Source: a virus
Lineage: Duplodnaviria; Caudoviricetes
DNA: 50,029 nucleotides
Direction: 5' to 3' (one strand)
IMG/VR virus record: IMGVR_UViG_3300016471_000329
Location: 1-50,029 of that record
The position numbers and the translations under genes are program-made. Shown piece after piece: positions 1-9,667 of this stretch (the first letter of the stretch is position 1; the number at the start of each line of letters is the position of its first letter). Under the pieces are notes generated by a model. That model had not been told where the DNA came from, ran no database searches, and saw nothing but the letters and a program-made list of their open reading frames with translations.

Positions 1-22
1 GGGTTGTGCGGTTAACAGTCAT
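1..22 (-). CDS. 5' fragment of next tail-module gene (MTVNRTT..., runs off window edge)
   Basis: ATG at 22 preceded by GAGGTG SD, just downstream of the 31..942 stop. Confidence 0.5.
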
Positions 23-30
23 GATTCACC

Positions 31-942
31 TCAAGTCGAAATCGGTGTCCAGTTGGGAGTCTGCGCTGTATTGATGTTGCTCCAACTAGGCGTTTGATTG
101 CTGCTGATATTTTGCCAGTTTGCGGTCTGGGAGTCATCAATCTCTTCCCAGAGCTTTCTTCCTTGAATGCTGTCAGCACCTGTGGCTGACTCTGTAATGA
201 TGGAACCAAATATTGTGCCTGTTGCAACAGCATCAGCCCCCGCCGAGCTTTCTGTAATAGTCGATGCAAACTTAACGGACGCACTATTAACATCCAGCCC
301 AGACGCTGATTCTGTGACGGCCCCGTAAAAGGTAACCGTTGTACTAATGGCATCAGCACCTGTCGCTGTTTCCGTAATGCTTGTGGCGTAGGCGTTTTGC
401 GACATGGTTTCATCAGTTGCCGTACCTGATTCTGAAACCACGGATACAAACTGTGCCACCGAGCTAACAGCGTCTGCCCCTGTTGCGGATTCTGACACTG
501 CGGTGTTGTACTTCGGTGTTGCACTAATGGCGTCTGCCCCAGAAGCAGACTCTGAAATAATTGTCCCAAACGTAACAAGGCTGGATGTTGCGTCAGCCCC
601 TGTCGCTGATTCTGTAATGCTTGATAAGAACTTAATAAGTGCTGAGATTGCGTCTGTAGCTGTACTGGTTTCTGATACGGCAGTGTTAAATTGCACAAGC
701 GCGGCAATAGCGTCTGACCCTGTTGCGGATTCTGTAATGCTTGTGGCGAAATTAATGGCTGCGGCTGTTGCATCCGTTCCTGTAGCTGTCTCACTGATGG
801 TTGCATCATATGTTGCAAAGCCACTATTACCCCAAGTTCCCGACCCCCAATCACCAAACCCCCAGCCTTCGGTAATGGGAGGAGACCCACTACTGCCTGT
901 CGCACCAAGTGCTGCGCCACCAAATGCTGAGAAGCCGAACAC
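31..942 (-). CDS. virion structural protein with ~23-aa Ser/Thr/Ala repeats (tail/fibre-associated)
   Basis: about ten repeats of x(I/V)(S/T)E(S/T)ATG(A/T)DA; MFGFSAF N-terminus and W-spaced C-terminus typical of phage tail-module proteins. Confidence 0.65.
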   Translation of the reverse strand: MFGFSAFGGAALGATGSSGSPPITEGWGFGDWGSGTWGNSGFATYDATISETATGTDATAAAINFATSITESATGSDAIAALVQFNTAVSETSTATDAISALIKFLSSITESATGADATSSLVTFGTIISESASGADAISATPKYNTAVSESATGADAVSSVAQFVSVVSESGTATDETMSQNAYATSITETATGADAISTTVTFYGAVTESASGLDVNSASVKFASTITESSAGADAVATGTIFGSIITESATGADSIQGRKLWEEIDDSQTANWQNISSNQTPSWSNINTAQTPNWTPIST

Positions 943-946
943 ATTT

Positions 947-1306
947 TTACCTTGTTATCTCGGTCCAAGAGGTTGTTGATTCGTCCCAACTGTACATCTT
1001 TCCGTCTGTAGGCATCGCTACCGGCGCTTCCCACTGTGCGTTAGCGTTAAGTAACCAACTAGCAAAAGGTTTAGGCGGTACGAAAGCGTCTATATCTTCG
1101 CGGTAGGTGTAGCCAATCCCGGCGTAGTTCTTACGCATGTTGCCGTTGTAGCTAGTCTGCTTCCAAGTGCCACCAAGAATCTTCTCAAGATGTGCAGCGC
1201 CGATATGCTCTTTCTCCACGCCGGAAGCATCAGCCGTATCTTTGTTGTCAACCACAACAACTTGCAGCACCAATCCGTTTTCGTCTATGCGGGCAAAGTG
1301 AGCCAT
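947..1306 (-). CDS. conserved phage tail-module hypothetical protein
   Basis: MAHFARID...WKQTSYNGNMRKNYAGIGYTY...DAFVPPKPFASW family signature commonly found next to Gly-rich fibre genes. Confidence 0.7.
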   Translation of the reverse strand: MAHFARIDENGLVLQVVVVDNKDTADASGVEKEHIGAAHLEKILGGTWKQTSYNGNMRKNYAGIGYTYREDIDAFVPPKPFASWLLNANAQWEAPVAMPTDGKMYSWDESTTSWTEITR

Positions 1307-1923
1307 TACGCCTCCAGCTTTAATCCAGTTAAGTCCATTTCTTCCCCGACAACACCGACAGGGAAGGTGTTAAACGATAGTGAGATTCTTACGTCATCGC
1401 CTTTGACTTCAGGAACCATGTGCGTCAGTGACGATGGAAACAGAATCAGCTTGCCAGCAGTGGCTTCAAACCACCAAGACTCTGAGTTGTACAGGTTCCA
1501 CTGCTCAGGTGGAAACTTGATCTGCTGCCAGCCATCACGGTAGAAATAAATCCTGTCATCAGCGTTTGTCTGCACATAGAACACACCACTGATGTAACTA
1601 TTGGGATGTGCGTGTTTGTGATGGTATTGCCCAGGTTCTGAGTAGTTACACCAGCTTTGCGTGACTCGTAGGCTGACGTTGTGCTTGGGATTGACTGTGC
1701 TTTTGAAGTAATCCGATACCGCATCTTCAATGAACGAACGCAGTGAGGTTAACGCAGGGTCACGTAGCACAAAGTTGTTCGTGCTTGTGGTGTTACCCAT
1801 GTTGGGTCTTGTTGGCAGTTCACGGATGAAGAACAATTCCTCATCAGACAAAGGTCTGCCAAGCTCTGCAAAGCCTACAGGTATGGGGAATAAGTTATGC
1901 AACTGCACGTTCAAATTCCTCAC
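1306..1923 (-). CDS. putative 2OG-Fe(II) oxygenase (TIGR02466-like); start probably GTG at 1908
   Basis: LFPIP N-terminus, SWCN, HxH motif (HAHPNSYISGVFY), LILFPSSLTHMV, RISLSFN. Confidence 0.85.
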   Translation of the reverse strand: MRNLNVQLHNLFPIPVGFAELGRPLSDEELFFIRELPTRPNMGNTTSTNNFVLRDPALTSLRSFIEDAVSDYFKSTVNPKHNVSLRVTQSWCNYSEPGQYHHKHAHPNSYISGVFYVQTNADDRIYFYRDGWQQIKFPPEQWNLYNSESWWFEATAGKLILFPSSLTHMVPEVKGDDVRISLSFNTFPVGVVGEEMDLTGLKLEA

Positions 1924-2149
1924 GGGCTATGCCCATCTCTTTTAATTGCTCGTCGGTGTAAATCGTAGGAATGCTGTCCTCAAACTCTCTGATCTTGTCA
2001 ATGACCCAATACACCTCTTCTATGCTTGGGCATGGCCGTGGATCATCCCACCGAGTAAAGACGTTATTACTGATTTCCCACTTCGCACCTGGACGAAGCA
2101 AGTGCATGGCTGTATCAATGCCTAGAAACTTATAAACTTTTGTAGTCAT
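1895..2149 (-). CDS. small XkdW-like tail-module protein
   Basis: LRPGAKW...RWDDPRPCPSIEE pattern; position after fibre gene. Confidence 0.5.
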   Translation of the reverse strand: MTTKVYKFLGIDTAMHLLRPGAKWEISNNVFTRWDDPRPCPSIEEVYWVIDKIREFEDSIPTIYTDEQLKEMGIAREEFERAVA

Positions 2150-2150
2150 G

Positions 2151-3845
2151 TTATTGATTGATTTTGATGATTACGATACCGGAGCCGCCAGAACCACCGA
2201 CCTTAGTAGATGAATTACTGCCCCCACCGCCACCACCTCCGGTGTATGCAGTTCCTGGTGCGCCTGGATTTCCACTGGTTGCACCATCACCACCGCCGCC
2301 AGCGCCGCCTGTTCCGCGAACAGAACCTTGAACGGTCGCGCCACCGCCGCCACCTCCAGCATACGTTACAGAGCTACCAGAAATTGACGATACCGTGCCT
2401 GCTCCACCCGCTCCGCTTTGTGAGCCAGAGCCGTTTGATCCGGCTGCTGAAGCGCCTCCACCGCCGCCTGTTGGATATGGGCTAGAGCCTACACTGTTTC
2501 CACCAGCATTACCTTGCGATGGGGTAACACTTGGGGTATTGCCAGCACCGCCTGAATAAGAAGGACCGCCTGATGATGACGCACCACCACCAGATCCACC
2601 TGCTGCTGCATTTGCCGCATTGATTGAACGACCACCGCCTGATGATGTTATAGAAGAAAATACACTATTTTCCCCTTGAGAACCACTTGTTCCTCCGGCT
2701 CCACCGCCACCAACAGTTACCGTGTAGTCTGTCCCTGCGGTAACGCTTAATCCCGTTCCGGTTCTAAAACCGCCTGCACCACCGGCCCCTCCTCCATTAG
2801 CATCGCCAGCACCCCCACCACCACCAGCAACCACAAGATAGTCAACGCTGGTTACACCAGTAGGGCATGTCCACTTAGTAGTGCCTTTGAACGTAAATAC
2901 GGTTTGGCTTGGTACGGTGTACTTGAGGATAACAATGCCGGAGCCGCCGTTACCTCCTGACCCAGGACTTCTTGAATCACCACCGCCACCACCTCCTGAG
3001 TTAGTAAATCCATTAGATCCAGCAAGTGTTGGAGTGTATGTACCACCAGCCCCACCGCCGCCAATACCACCAGCCCCAGCAGTCCCAGATCCAACACCCC
3101 CACCACCACCACCAGAAAAATAACCATCCCAAGGTGCAGGAAGGGCGGATGCAGCAAACGACGGTGCAACAATACCCGCTCCGCCTGCCCCAGCAACGCC
3201 AGAAGATGCGTTGTTACCAGTACCAATTGGTGTAGTATTTTTTGAGCCACCACCGCCACCACCTGCGTCAGCAGTGGACGGACTGTTAAAGCCTGACCCA
3301 CCGTTATTTCCTTGGCTTGGGGTTGTTGATGGTGTATTCCCTGTTCCAACAGTACCACCTCGCCCCGCACCACCACCGTTACCACCGTTTTTTCCTGCTG
3401 TTTGCCCACCGACTCCGCTCGGCCCGTCACCACCACCACCACCACCACCGAAAGCAACAAACGCATTTGGATATGGATTCCCAGGTGCAGCAGGGTCTGC
3501 GGTTATTGAAGGAGAGCTTGTTCTTTGGATATAACTGTCACCACCATTGGTTCCCTGCACGTTTGAGGCTGCCCCAGCACCCGACCCACCAACATTGATT
3601 ATGTAGTCGTAGCCAGCGGATACAACAAAACCTGTACCAGTCCTAAATCCACCACCACCCCCTCCTCCGGCACCTCGTTGACCGGCGTTACCACCTCCGC
3701 CACCACCAGCCACAACTAAATACTCAACCTCTGTAACACCAGTAGGGCAAGTCCAAGTAGAAGTAGCGGTAAAGGTTTGGACGATGGTGTAGCCAGCCGA
3801 GCCTCTAAAGGCAGCGGCAATCATTGCCGATAATGCGCCAGCCAT
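2151..3845 (-). CDS. glycine-rich tail fibre/adhesin with two tandem Gly-rich domains
   Basis: two copies of TF..T.TWTCPTGVT.V.YLVVAGGGGG...GGSGIVI.K; start taken at MAGALSAM (3845), overlapping upstream stop. Confidence 0.8.
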   Translation of the reverse strand: MAGALSAMIAAAFRGSAGYTIVQTFTATSTWTCPTGVTEVEYLVVAGGGGGGNAGQRGAGGGGGGGFRTGTGFVVSAGYDYIINVGGSGAGAASNVQGTNGGDSYIQRTSSPSITADPAAPGNPYPNAFVAFGGGGGGGDGPSGVGGQTAGKNGGNGGGAGRGGTVGTGNTPSTTPSQGNNGGSGFNSPSTADAGGGGGGSKNTTPIGTGNNASSGVAGAGGAGIVAPSFAASALPAPWDGYFSGGGGGGVGSGTAGAGGIGGGGAGGTYTPTLAGSNGFTNSGGGGGGDSRSPGSGGNGGSGIVILKYTVPSQTVFTFKGTTKWTCPTGVTSVDYLVVAGGGGGAGDANGGGAGGAGGFRTGTGLSVTAGTDYTVTVGGGGAGGTSGSQGENSVFSSITSSGGGRSINAANAAAGGSGGGASSSGGPSYSGGAGNTPSVTPSQGNAGGNSVGSSPYPTGGGGGASAAGSNGSGSQSGAGGAGTVSSISGSSVTYAGGGGGGATVQGSVRGTGGAGGGGDGATSGNPGAPGTAYTGGGGGGGSNSSTKVGGSGGSGIVIIKINQ

Positions 3846-4579
3846 TAGGTTACCCCCGCACCAGAAACGTACCAAGTATCGGTTGCAGTCTTAAGGCATG
3901 TTGCTAACCCCTTGGTGGCTACCGTCCTATTCCCCGTAGAACCATTTGCAAGCTGGAACGTAACGCCAGCACCAGAGATTGTTAAGTTCCCGCTGTTATC
4001 GTTAACTACAAGGATTGTCGTTCCTATAGGGAAAGCTACAGAAGAATTCGTAGGAACCGTCAGCGTCGCTGTAGAACCACCCGTAAAGATGACATGCTTA
4101 CCTGAATCGGTAAGCACTAGCGTGTAAGACGAAGCGCCTCCAGAGGTTTGCGGTGCAGTCCTAAAGCCTACGGAATTTGTACCATCTACCGTACAACTAG
4201 ATAGCGTCCCAGACGATGGTGTACCTAAAGCACCGCTTGGAGCAACGTAATCAGTTCCTGCGCTCGCAGCAGAGATCGCTGTGCCGTTACCCTTAAGTAC
4301 GCCGGTAACTGATGTCGAAAGCGTAATCGCTGGGGTTGATGATGCGTTTGCAACTGATCCGGCCAGTCCGTTAGCCGAAACAACCGAAACAGTCGTCACT
4401 GTACCAGCACCAGCCGGAGAACTAAATGTAAGGTTCCCAGACCCATCAGTGCTTAGAAACTGACCATTCGTACCGTCAACACCTGGAAGCGTAAATGTTG
4501 TGCTTGATGACGTATTAGCCGATTGCAGCGTGGTTGTCCCAGTGCCGCTTGCATTACCTTGGACCTTGAGATTACTCAT
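3845..4579 (-). CDS. tail fibre-related protein
   Basis: TFTLP..DGTNGQFLSTDGSGNLTF, GTVTTVSVVSANGLAGSV and YTLVLTDSGK...VPTNSSVAFPIGT fibre modules. Confidence 0.75.
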   Translation of the reverse strand: MSNLKVQGNASGTGTTTLQSANTSSSTTFTLPGVDGTNGQFLSTDGSGNLTFSSPAGAGTVTTVSVVSANGLAGSVANASSTPAITLSTSVTGVLKGNGTAISAASAGTDYVAPSGALGTPSSGTLSSCTVDGTNSVGFRTAPQTSGGASSYTLVLTDSGKHVIFTGGSTATLTVPTNSSVAFPIGTTILVVNDNSGNLTISGAGVTFQLANGSTGNRTVATKGLATCLKTATDTWYVSGAGVT

Positions 4580-4585
4580 GTGATT

Positions 4586-5032
4586 TCACCCAAAAATAAG
4601 CCACGCTTGACCTGTAGACACCGTGACTGCCTTGCCTGTGTTAATCGTAATTGGCCCCACGGCGCTAGCGTTATTACCTACCGGAATCTTGTAACTGCTT
4701 GTGATGGTTTGATTGTTTAGTGAAAACAGCGTATTTGACGCCGGGAACGTTACAAAAACATTCTTTGTCCCTGCCGGAAAATCAACAAGGTTTGCGTTAT
4801 TACTTGACGAAAGTACCGAATCTCTAGATAGCGTAGTGCCTGAAGCAGTATAAGTGCCTACCCCAACTTCCCAATACGTTCCTGATTGATCGGCAATACT
4901 ATAGAGCGTCGAGTTGCCATCACCTACCGCAGCAAAGGATTGAAACCCCGTTACAGCACCAGCAAGGGTTACCGTCCCCGTTCCAGTGGTTGTCGTGGTT
5001 TCTTGAACCCGATCTGCAAGAACAAAAGCCAT
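4586..5032 (-). CDS. conserved tail-module structural protein
   Basis: [23 protein letters not shown] family signature; C-terminal [10 protein letters not shown] motif. Confidence 0.7.
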   Translation of the reverse strand: MAFVLADRVQETTTTTGTGTVTLAGAVTGFQSFAAVGDGNSTLYSIADQSGTYWEVGVGTYTASGTTLSRDSVLSSSNNANLVDFPAGTKNVFVTFPASNTLFSLNNQTITSSYKIPVGNNASAVGPITINTGKAVTVSTGQAWLIFG

Positions 5033-5607
5033 TACGCAGACAAGCTAAAGGTATAAGTCACAAGCACCACGTCACCTGAGACTACTGAACGATCACCGGG
5101 GGAATCAAAGTCCTTGGCTGAAAACAGTGTCCCTGTTGTACCGCCTTTGGTGTTGTTACTTGTTAAAAACGCACCGCCGACGGTTGTTGTGGCGTTCATG
5201 GTGAACTGGGCTTTACTGGCTGTATTGGTGACAACCGAGGGATTAGCATTGGTTGCAGAGGCAAAAGTTGCCGTCGGACGATTTGCTTCACTGTAATTAG
5301 TGACCTCGGTCCACCCTGCATGAGAAGACATCGTATCTCCGGCAGCGGGGTTGTTGCTTGACGCTGCACCGTATAACCCAAGATACCAAGTCGTAATCTG
5401 CGCCGTACTTGTCAGTGCGCTGCCAGCCATGTATTGAAGCCCGACATTGACCACAAGGTTCTTGGACTCATCTGCCCACTTGAGATTACCGTCTTTGTCG
5501 TAGCACTCAATCAAAAACCGGCCTGTGGCCTTTAACCCTTCCGACGATCCGAGGTTGGTAATCAGACCGCAAGCGGCTGTGTCTGTTGCTTTAGCTGTAA
5601 GCTTCAT
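5032..5607 (-). CDS. conserved virion structural protein
   Basis: [11 protein letters not shown]...NLVVNVG...WYLGL beta-rich phage structural signature; operon context. Confidence 0.65.
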   Translation of the reverse strand: MKLTAKATDTAACGLITNLGSSEGLKATGRFLIECYDKDGNLKWADESKNLVVNVGLQYMAGSALTSTAQITTWYLGLYGAASSNNPAAGDTMSSHAGWTEVTNYSEANRPTATFASATNANPSVVTNTASKAQFTMNATTTVGGAFLTSNNTKGGTTGTLFSAKDFDSPGDRSVVSGDVVLVTYTFSLSA

Positions 5608-5617
5608 GGTGTATTCC

Positions 5618-6073
5618 TTACAAAATCCGAATGATTGCAGTAGATGCAGAAGCGGAAGGAAATTGAATCTGAAAAGTTTGATTCAAAGTCACCTGATCTC
5701 CGCCAAAACTTATAACAGCACACGCCGCGTTAGAGGCTGAGGCATTGTAAATTAAGGCCCCAGATGAAGTAAACGATGCTGCACTCCAACTAACGTTTGC
5801 AAAAGTCACCACAGAGGCAGTCCCATCCGCAACAGGCGTCACTGAAACTAGCGTCTCACCGCCTGCGGTGTATCCGCCTCCCGTGCTGAGTTCATTCGAT
5901 CCCATTTGGGAGTAATTGGTGGTTGATGCGCCATAAGTCCCGGATCCAGTTCCAAGGCTTTTGAACAAAGCGATCTTAAAAACATCTCCGCCCGGGTTCG
6001 AAAAGTTATGAATACCCTTCAAAAGCTCCACTTTGAAGCTTGTTGGCATTGCCGTAGTGATTGAAAGCGCCAT
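5618..6073 (-). CDS. conserved virion structural protein
   Basis: TSFKVELLKG.HNF...FKIAL...GYTAGG..L...GALIYN family signature. Confidence 0.65.
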   Translation of the reverse strand: MALSITTAMPTSFKVELLKGIHNFSNPGGDVFKIALFKSLGTGSGTYGASTTNYSQMGSNELSTGGGYTAGGETLVSVTPVADGTASVVTFANVSWSAASFTSSGALIYNASASNAACAVISFGGDQVTLNQTFQIQFPSASASTAIIRIL

Positions 6074-6074
6074 A

Positions 6075-6878
6075 CTAAGGTCCTGGGCTCACTGACTTAA
6101 TGGGCAGCCGGATCATGCCATCCCTGTATTCATCACGACGACGACGTCCCTGCTGTTCCAGGCCCAAGCCTTGTATGGCTTGTTGATAGCTTTGATTGAA
6201 ATAGTTCAGCATTTCAGGCGGCCCTTTGGTATAACTGTAGGCCTGAATCAAACAAGCGTAGAGCAATGCTTCCGGTGCATTAATGCTGATCCATGTCTCA
6301 GGATTCGTGCTTGCAAGCTGCGCGGGGCGGTAAATGTAGCCTAGTTCAACCGTATACCCACTGCTTGGAGTAGGAGCAATGTAAAAAGTAGATTGGCTCC
6401 AAACCGAGTAATATTTGGGTACACCAGAGGGGGTCGCCGTTCCTGTGCCAGAACCCACGCCAGTAGCAGTAAACGTAGTACCCGGTGAGTTGGCTGCTGC
6501 TCCAATTGCGGTGAAATCCGTTGTGCCTACAGAAATAATGGTGTAGACCGTACCAATATTAAAACTTCCAGCCGTTTCTGTGACTCCAGGCCAATATTCT
6601 TTCATGAACGACGTGTCACGAAAATCCAAAAAGATCTGGTCATCGCCACTTGTAAGTAACAAGTACCGGTGAGTGAGGAGGTCTGAAGGCGTTGTAAGAA
6701 ACTTATTGCCTGCGGTAAGAACGCCTGATTGTTCTTTCTTAAAGTAATCCAGGTCGATATCACGGAGAATACGATTCTCCGCCATTGTAATAAATGTGTT
6801 AATTACCGAGTTGCTGAAGACATTACTGTCCACCTCGGTGTAGTTTCTAATGTTGGTGACGAGTTCGTCGTAAGTCAT
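6075..6878 (-). CDS. putative head-tail adaptor/connector protein
   Basis: MTYDELVTNI...FI.MAE.RI, P.YY, APTP...Y.VEL.Y, LLYACL pattern of podovirus adaptor proteins. Confidence 0.65.
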   Translation of the reverse strand: MTYDELVTNIRNYTEVDSNVFSNSVINTFITMAENRILRDIDLDYFKKEQSGVLTAGNKFLTTPSDLLTHRYLLLTSGDDQIFLDFRDTSFMKEYWPGVTETAGSFNIGTVYTIISVGTTDFTAIGAAANSPGTTFTATGVGSGTGTATPSGVPKYYSVWSQSTFYIAPTPSSGYTVELGYIYRPAQLASTNPETWISINAPEALLYACLIQAYSYTKGPPEMLNYFNQSYQQAIQGLGLEQQGRRRRDEYRDGMIRLPIKSVSPGP

Positions 6879-7237
6879 GAAATCACCACGGTGACGTTGC
6901 CAACAAACCCGTATCCGGCAACAAAAGCCTGGGGTGGGTAGGGCTGCATGTCTGTGCGATTAACCGTACTGAACCCAGAACCAATGCTTTGGAACGGCGC
7001 GCTAAAACCTGGAGTTCCAAGATAGATTGTAACCGGCTCAACGCGATCAACGCGAGGATCTTTAAGCGCAATCGCATCGCCTCGATACTTAAGCGGATAG
7101 AGTTGCGGCTCTTTGGGCTCGTAGTCGTCGGGACAGACCATGAACCCGCGCCAGTTTTTGCGCAGGGTGTTGTAGGAGTACCGCTGACCGCAGTAATCAC
7201 ACAGGCCAAAGGAGAATTTGCCTGTTGCAAAGGCCAT
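6875..7237 (-). CDS. small Cys-containing conserved phage protein
   Basis: CDYCG...W.G..VCP.DYEPKEPQ. Confidence 0.65.
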   Translation of the reverse strand: MAFATGKFSFGLCDYCGQRYSYNTLRKNWRGFMVCPDDYEPKEPQLYPLKYRGDAIALKDPRVDRVEPVTIYLGTPGFSAPFQSIGSGFSTVNRTDMQPYPPQAFVAGYGFVGNVTVVIS

Positions 7238-7240
7238 GGC

Positions 7241-7906
7241 CTACTGCCCGAAGTCAGGGATAAAGAGTGCGCTTGCTGTGTCACGATCTTCTGCCGCTGC
7301 GCGCGCGAAGTCTTCTTCGTAGATCTGCTTCAGGATGACCGTCCGCTCAGGCGCGTATTTCAACGAAATCTGATAAGCAAGCCCGGAAGCGAGGCAAGGC
7401 AAAAAACGGAAGTTGACATCTGCCGTATTGGTATAGGTGCCCGCATCCTGGATCCGGCGAATGCGGTAGTAAACCAGTGTGTAAGCAAGATTGGGTGATG
7501 GGTACAAAAAGACCTTGAACGTGTTAGCACGTTGTACGTATAACTGTGCAGGCTGGGCTTGCACAGTTTTATCGGGTAGGTCTAAGTACTCCTCGCGACT
7601 GATCCGATCAAGCGTGATGTCTTGCTGCGGACTTACTCCAGGCAAACGGATGACCGCCGAGAGCACGTTGACCGTGTCTGATCCAAGCGTGATCTCGTAT
7701 CCTCCAGGAGACAAGGCGTACGTCGCTTGCTCAATGGTCCAAAGGTTAAGTCCTCGATTAGCCCAATCAAGAAACAACAAATTCATTGACCGACGCGCAG
7801 ACGACAATTGGTAGCCCGCCGTGGGACGCATGCCGCAACGTTCAAACGCCTCTTCGATTAAGTCATCAATCGAGAGGTTAAAGTCGGTCGTTCCTGAAGT
7901 TGCCAT
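7241..7906 (-). CDS. putative head-tail adaptor protein
   Basis: MATSGTTDFNL.IDDLIEEAFERCG...ARRSMNLLF.DWANRGLNLWT...FRFLPCLASGLAY family signature. Confidence 0.7.
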   Translation of the reverse strand: MATSGTTDFNLSIDDLIEEAFERCGMRPTAGYQLSSARRSMNLLFLDWANRGLNLWTIEQATYALSPGGYEITLGSDTVNVLSAVIRLPGVSPQQDITLDRISREEYLDLPDKTVQAQPAQLYVQRANTFKVFLYPSPNLAYTLVYYRIRRIQDAGTYTNTADVNFRFLPCLASGLAYQISLKYAPERTVILKQIYEEDFARAAAEDRDTASALFIPDFGQ

Positions 7907-8104
7907 TTACGCGCAGCTAGAGCCGCCCATTTTCATTTTCTTAACACCCTTCATGGCCATGCGCTTGTGCTGGTTGACCAGCCCACCGCTTTTCATCAAT
8001 ACAGGGCCTGAAGTCTTGCTGGTTTCACTCAGCATTTTGTTGCGCGGTCCTGAAGTGACCGCACCGCCACCACGCGTTGCCGCGCCCATGCCACGTCCAG
8101 CCAT
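7907..8104 (-). CDS. small basic protein
   Basis: RGMGAATRGG, MKSGG, MKMGG; tightly coupled in operon. Confidence 0.65.
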   Translation of the reverse strand: MAGRGMGAATRGGGAVTSGPRNKMLSETSKTSGPVLMKSGGLVNQHKRMAMKGVKKMKMGGSSCA

Positions 8105-8106
8105 GA

Positions 8107-8271
8107 TTATTTCCCCTTTTTTGCCATTTTCATGGCTTTACCGCCTTTCTTCATGCCCATGGGCATGGGAGGCATTTTGGGCATTGCACGGCCCATGGCG
8201 TCTTTGGTCTTGCGCTTGACTGCACGGCCCATGTCATCAGCCATGCCACCTTTTTGATAACCCTTCATCAT
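8107..8271 (-). CDS. small Met/Lys-rich protein (54 aa, not in ORF track)
   Basis: translated by hand: MMKGYQKGGMADDMGRAVKRKTKDAMGRAMPKMPPMPMGMKKGGKAMKMAKKGK*; AAGGAG SD upstream; fills operon gap. Confidence 0.7.
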   Translation of the reverse strand: MMKGYQKGGMADDMGRAVKRKTKDAMGRAMPKMPPMPMGMKKGGKAMKMAKKGK

Positions 8272-8284
8272 GATCAATGCTCCT

Positions 8285-8518
8285 TTATCTAAATTGCGCG
8301 GTTTTGGCCGCGATGGCTTTGGGTTGCTTCACAAACTGCTTTCCTGCCTTTTTACCTGCGCGCTTTGCTCGAGTCGTTGCTGCATATTCAGCCGGAGTCA
8401 AGGCCTTAATCGCCGCTTCAGGAAGATAGCGCTCGCCCGTCTTGCTTGAGGGCTTGCCGCTCTTGGTGCGCCATTTCTGGTCACCCCAATCCTTCAATGA
8501 CTGCTGTGGCGCTTTCAA
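8285..8518 (-). CDS. small basic conserved phage protein
   Basis: QQSLKDW..QKWRTKSGKPSSKTGERYLPEAAIK signature. Confidence 0.7.
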   Translation of the reverse strand: MKAPQQSLKDWGDQKWRTKSGKPSSKTGERYLPEAAIKALTPAEYAATTRAKRAGKKAGKQFVKQPKAIAAKTAQFR

Positions 8519-8811
8519 TCTCGATAGCCTCCACCAGCTTGTTTATACTTTTTGGCTACTAATTGTGCCTTTCTCCCGGACCATTGCCCTGCACCTGTGC
8601 CATGCGTGGCAGCGGCCTTGACCTGGGCAACAATCTTCTTGCGAAGCCCAGGTTTGGTGTAGTTTCCTGCTGCATTGACCTTGGACTCACCTCCAGAGGC
8701 CATCTTTTTTATAGGGACCATACCAATCGGTTTTCCTTTATCAGAAAACTTCATGTACTTATCACCTTTAATAAAAGGCCCAACAGAAACGCCTCTAGAC
8801 TTAGTGGCCAT
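8515..8811 (-). CDS. small basic conserved phage protein
   Basis: NYTKPGLRKKI...GQWSGRKAQLVAKKYK.AGGGY signature. Confidence 0.7.
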   Translation of the reverse strand: MATKSRGVSVGPFIKGDKYMKFSDKGKPIGMVPIKKMASGGESKVNAAGNYTKPGLRKKIVAQVKAAATHGTGAGQWSGRKAQLVAKKYKQAGGGYRD

Positions 8812-8813
8812 CT

Positions 8814-9065
8814 TCAGTGTCCTTTTTGCGCGAGGGCATCAATCTTTGCTTCAAGCCGTTCAAAGCCTGTATCAAAGCGTTCCATAATCTTTTCAAGGTC
8901 TGCACGAACCTCTGCACGAGTGATGTGATCACGAGCGATTTCCTCCCTCGTTTTGTTTAGTAGGATTTGGATGCGCTGTTGCTCATCGTGTGAGTTCTTA
9001 AGCATAAACATCACCAGAGCCACCAGAATAGACGTAATTAAGTTCCAAAGAATAATCGGGTCCAT
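8814..9065 (-). CDS. small membrane-anchored coiled-coil protein
   Basis: N-terminal hydrophobic helix (IILWNLITSILVALVMFML) then ILLNKTREEIA coiled coil; holin-like role possible but unsupported. Confidence 0.6.
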   Translation of the reverse strand: MDPIILWNLITSILVALVMFMLKNSHDEQQRIQILLNKTREEIARDHITRAEVRADLEKIMERFDTGFERLEAKIDALAQKGH

Positions 9066-9353
9066 TTAACACTTCCATCTGCGTCGAGCTTGCCGTATAC
9101 GGCTGTTTGGGTCTTTGGCTGCTTCAGGAAACTGCTTCATCTGGCCCGCCGAACGAGCACAAAATGACTTCCTTCGCGCAGCGTCTTTAGGCCCCGGATT
9201 GTCCGAAGTCACCGCTGTTTTGAGCTTGCTGCCAGGGTTGGCACGACGATAGGCTTCAACGCCTTTTTGCGTCATGCCTGCGCCTTGCTTGGTCGGTCGG
9301 AAATTACCGCTCTTGACCGACGTCGCAATGCCCATGCCCTTGGACTTAGCCAT
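9066..9353 (-). CDS. small basic conserved phage protein (DUF6321-like)
   Basis: NPGSKLKTAVT...RRKSFCARS.GQ...DPNSR...RRRWKC. Confidence 0.7.
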   Translation of the reverse strand: MAKSKGMGIATSVKSGNFRPTKQGAGMTQKGVEAYRRANPGSKLKTAVTSDNPGPKDAARRKSFCARSAGQMKQFPEAAKDPNSRIRQARRRWKC

Positions 9354-9655
9354 TATGCTGCTGCCCCACCTTCAAAGAGAATGGTCACCGTTGTTATTGA
9401 TGCTCCAAGCTTGACGTAAACGCCGTCTTTGAAAAGGATGCCCTGATCAGGGATCACAAAATTCTGTGAATCAGCAACCGTTGTTGAAGCAACCTTTAAC
9501 AAAAGGGGATCGGTATCAGCGTCCCCGTCGTAAAACTCAACATTGGTTGCAGCAGCCGATGTATGCGTGAAGTAAAGGCCGCACACCCTTGTTCGACCAT
9601 TGATGGCTTGTCCCGTGGCGTTTTTAAAGACCGCCGATATATTGCTGGCGCTCAT
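9353..9655 (-). CDS. conserved virion protein
   Basis: IPDQGILFKDGVYV signature; operon context. Confidence 0.6.
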   Translation of the reverse strand: MSASNISAVFKNATGQAINGRTRVCGLYFTHTSAAATNVEFYDGDADTDPLLLKVASTTVADSQNFVIPDQGILFKDGVYVKLGASITTVTILFEGGAAA

Positions 9656-9667
9656 CAGAGCCTCCTA

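Noticed and set aside
2151-3845. Diversity-generating retroelement acting on the duplicated fibre domains
   Set aside because: No reverse transcriptase in the window, and the two copies differ broadly rather than only at adenines.
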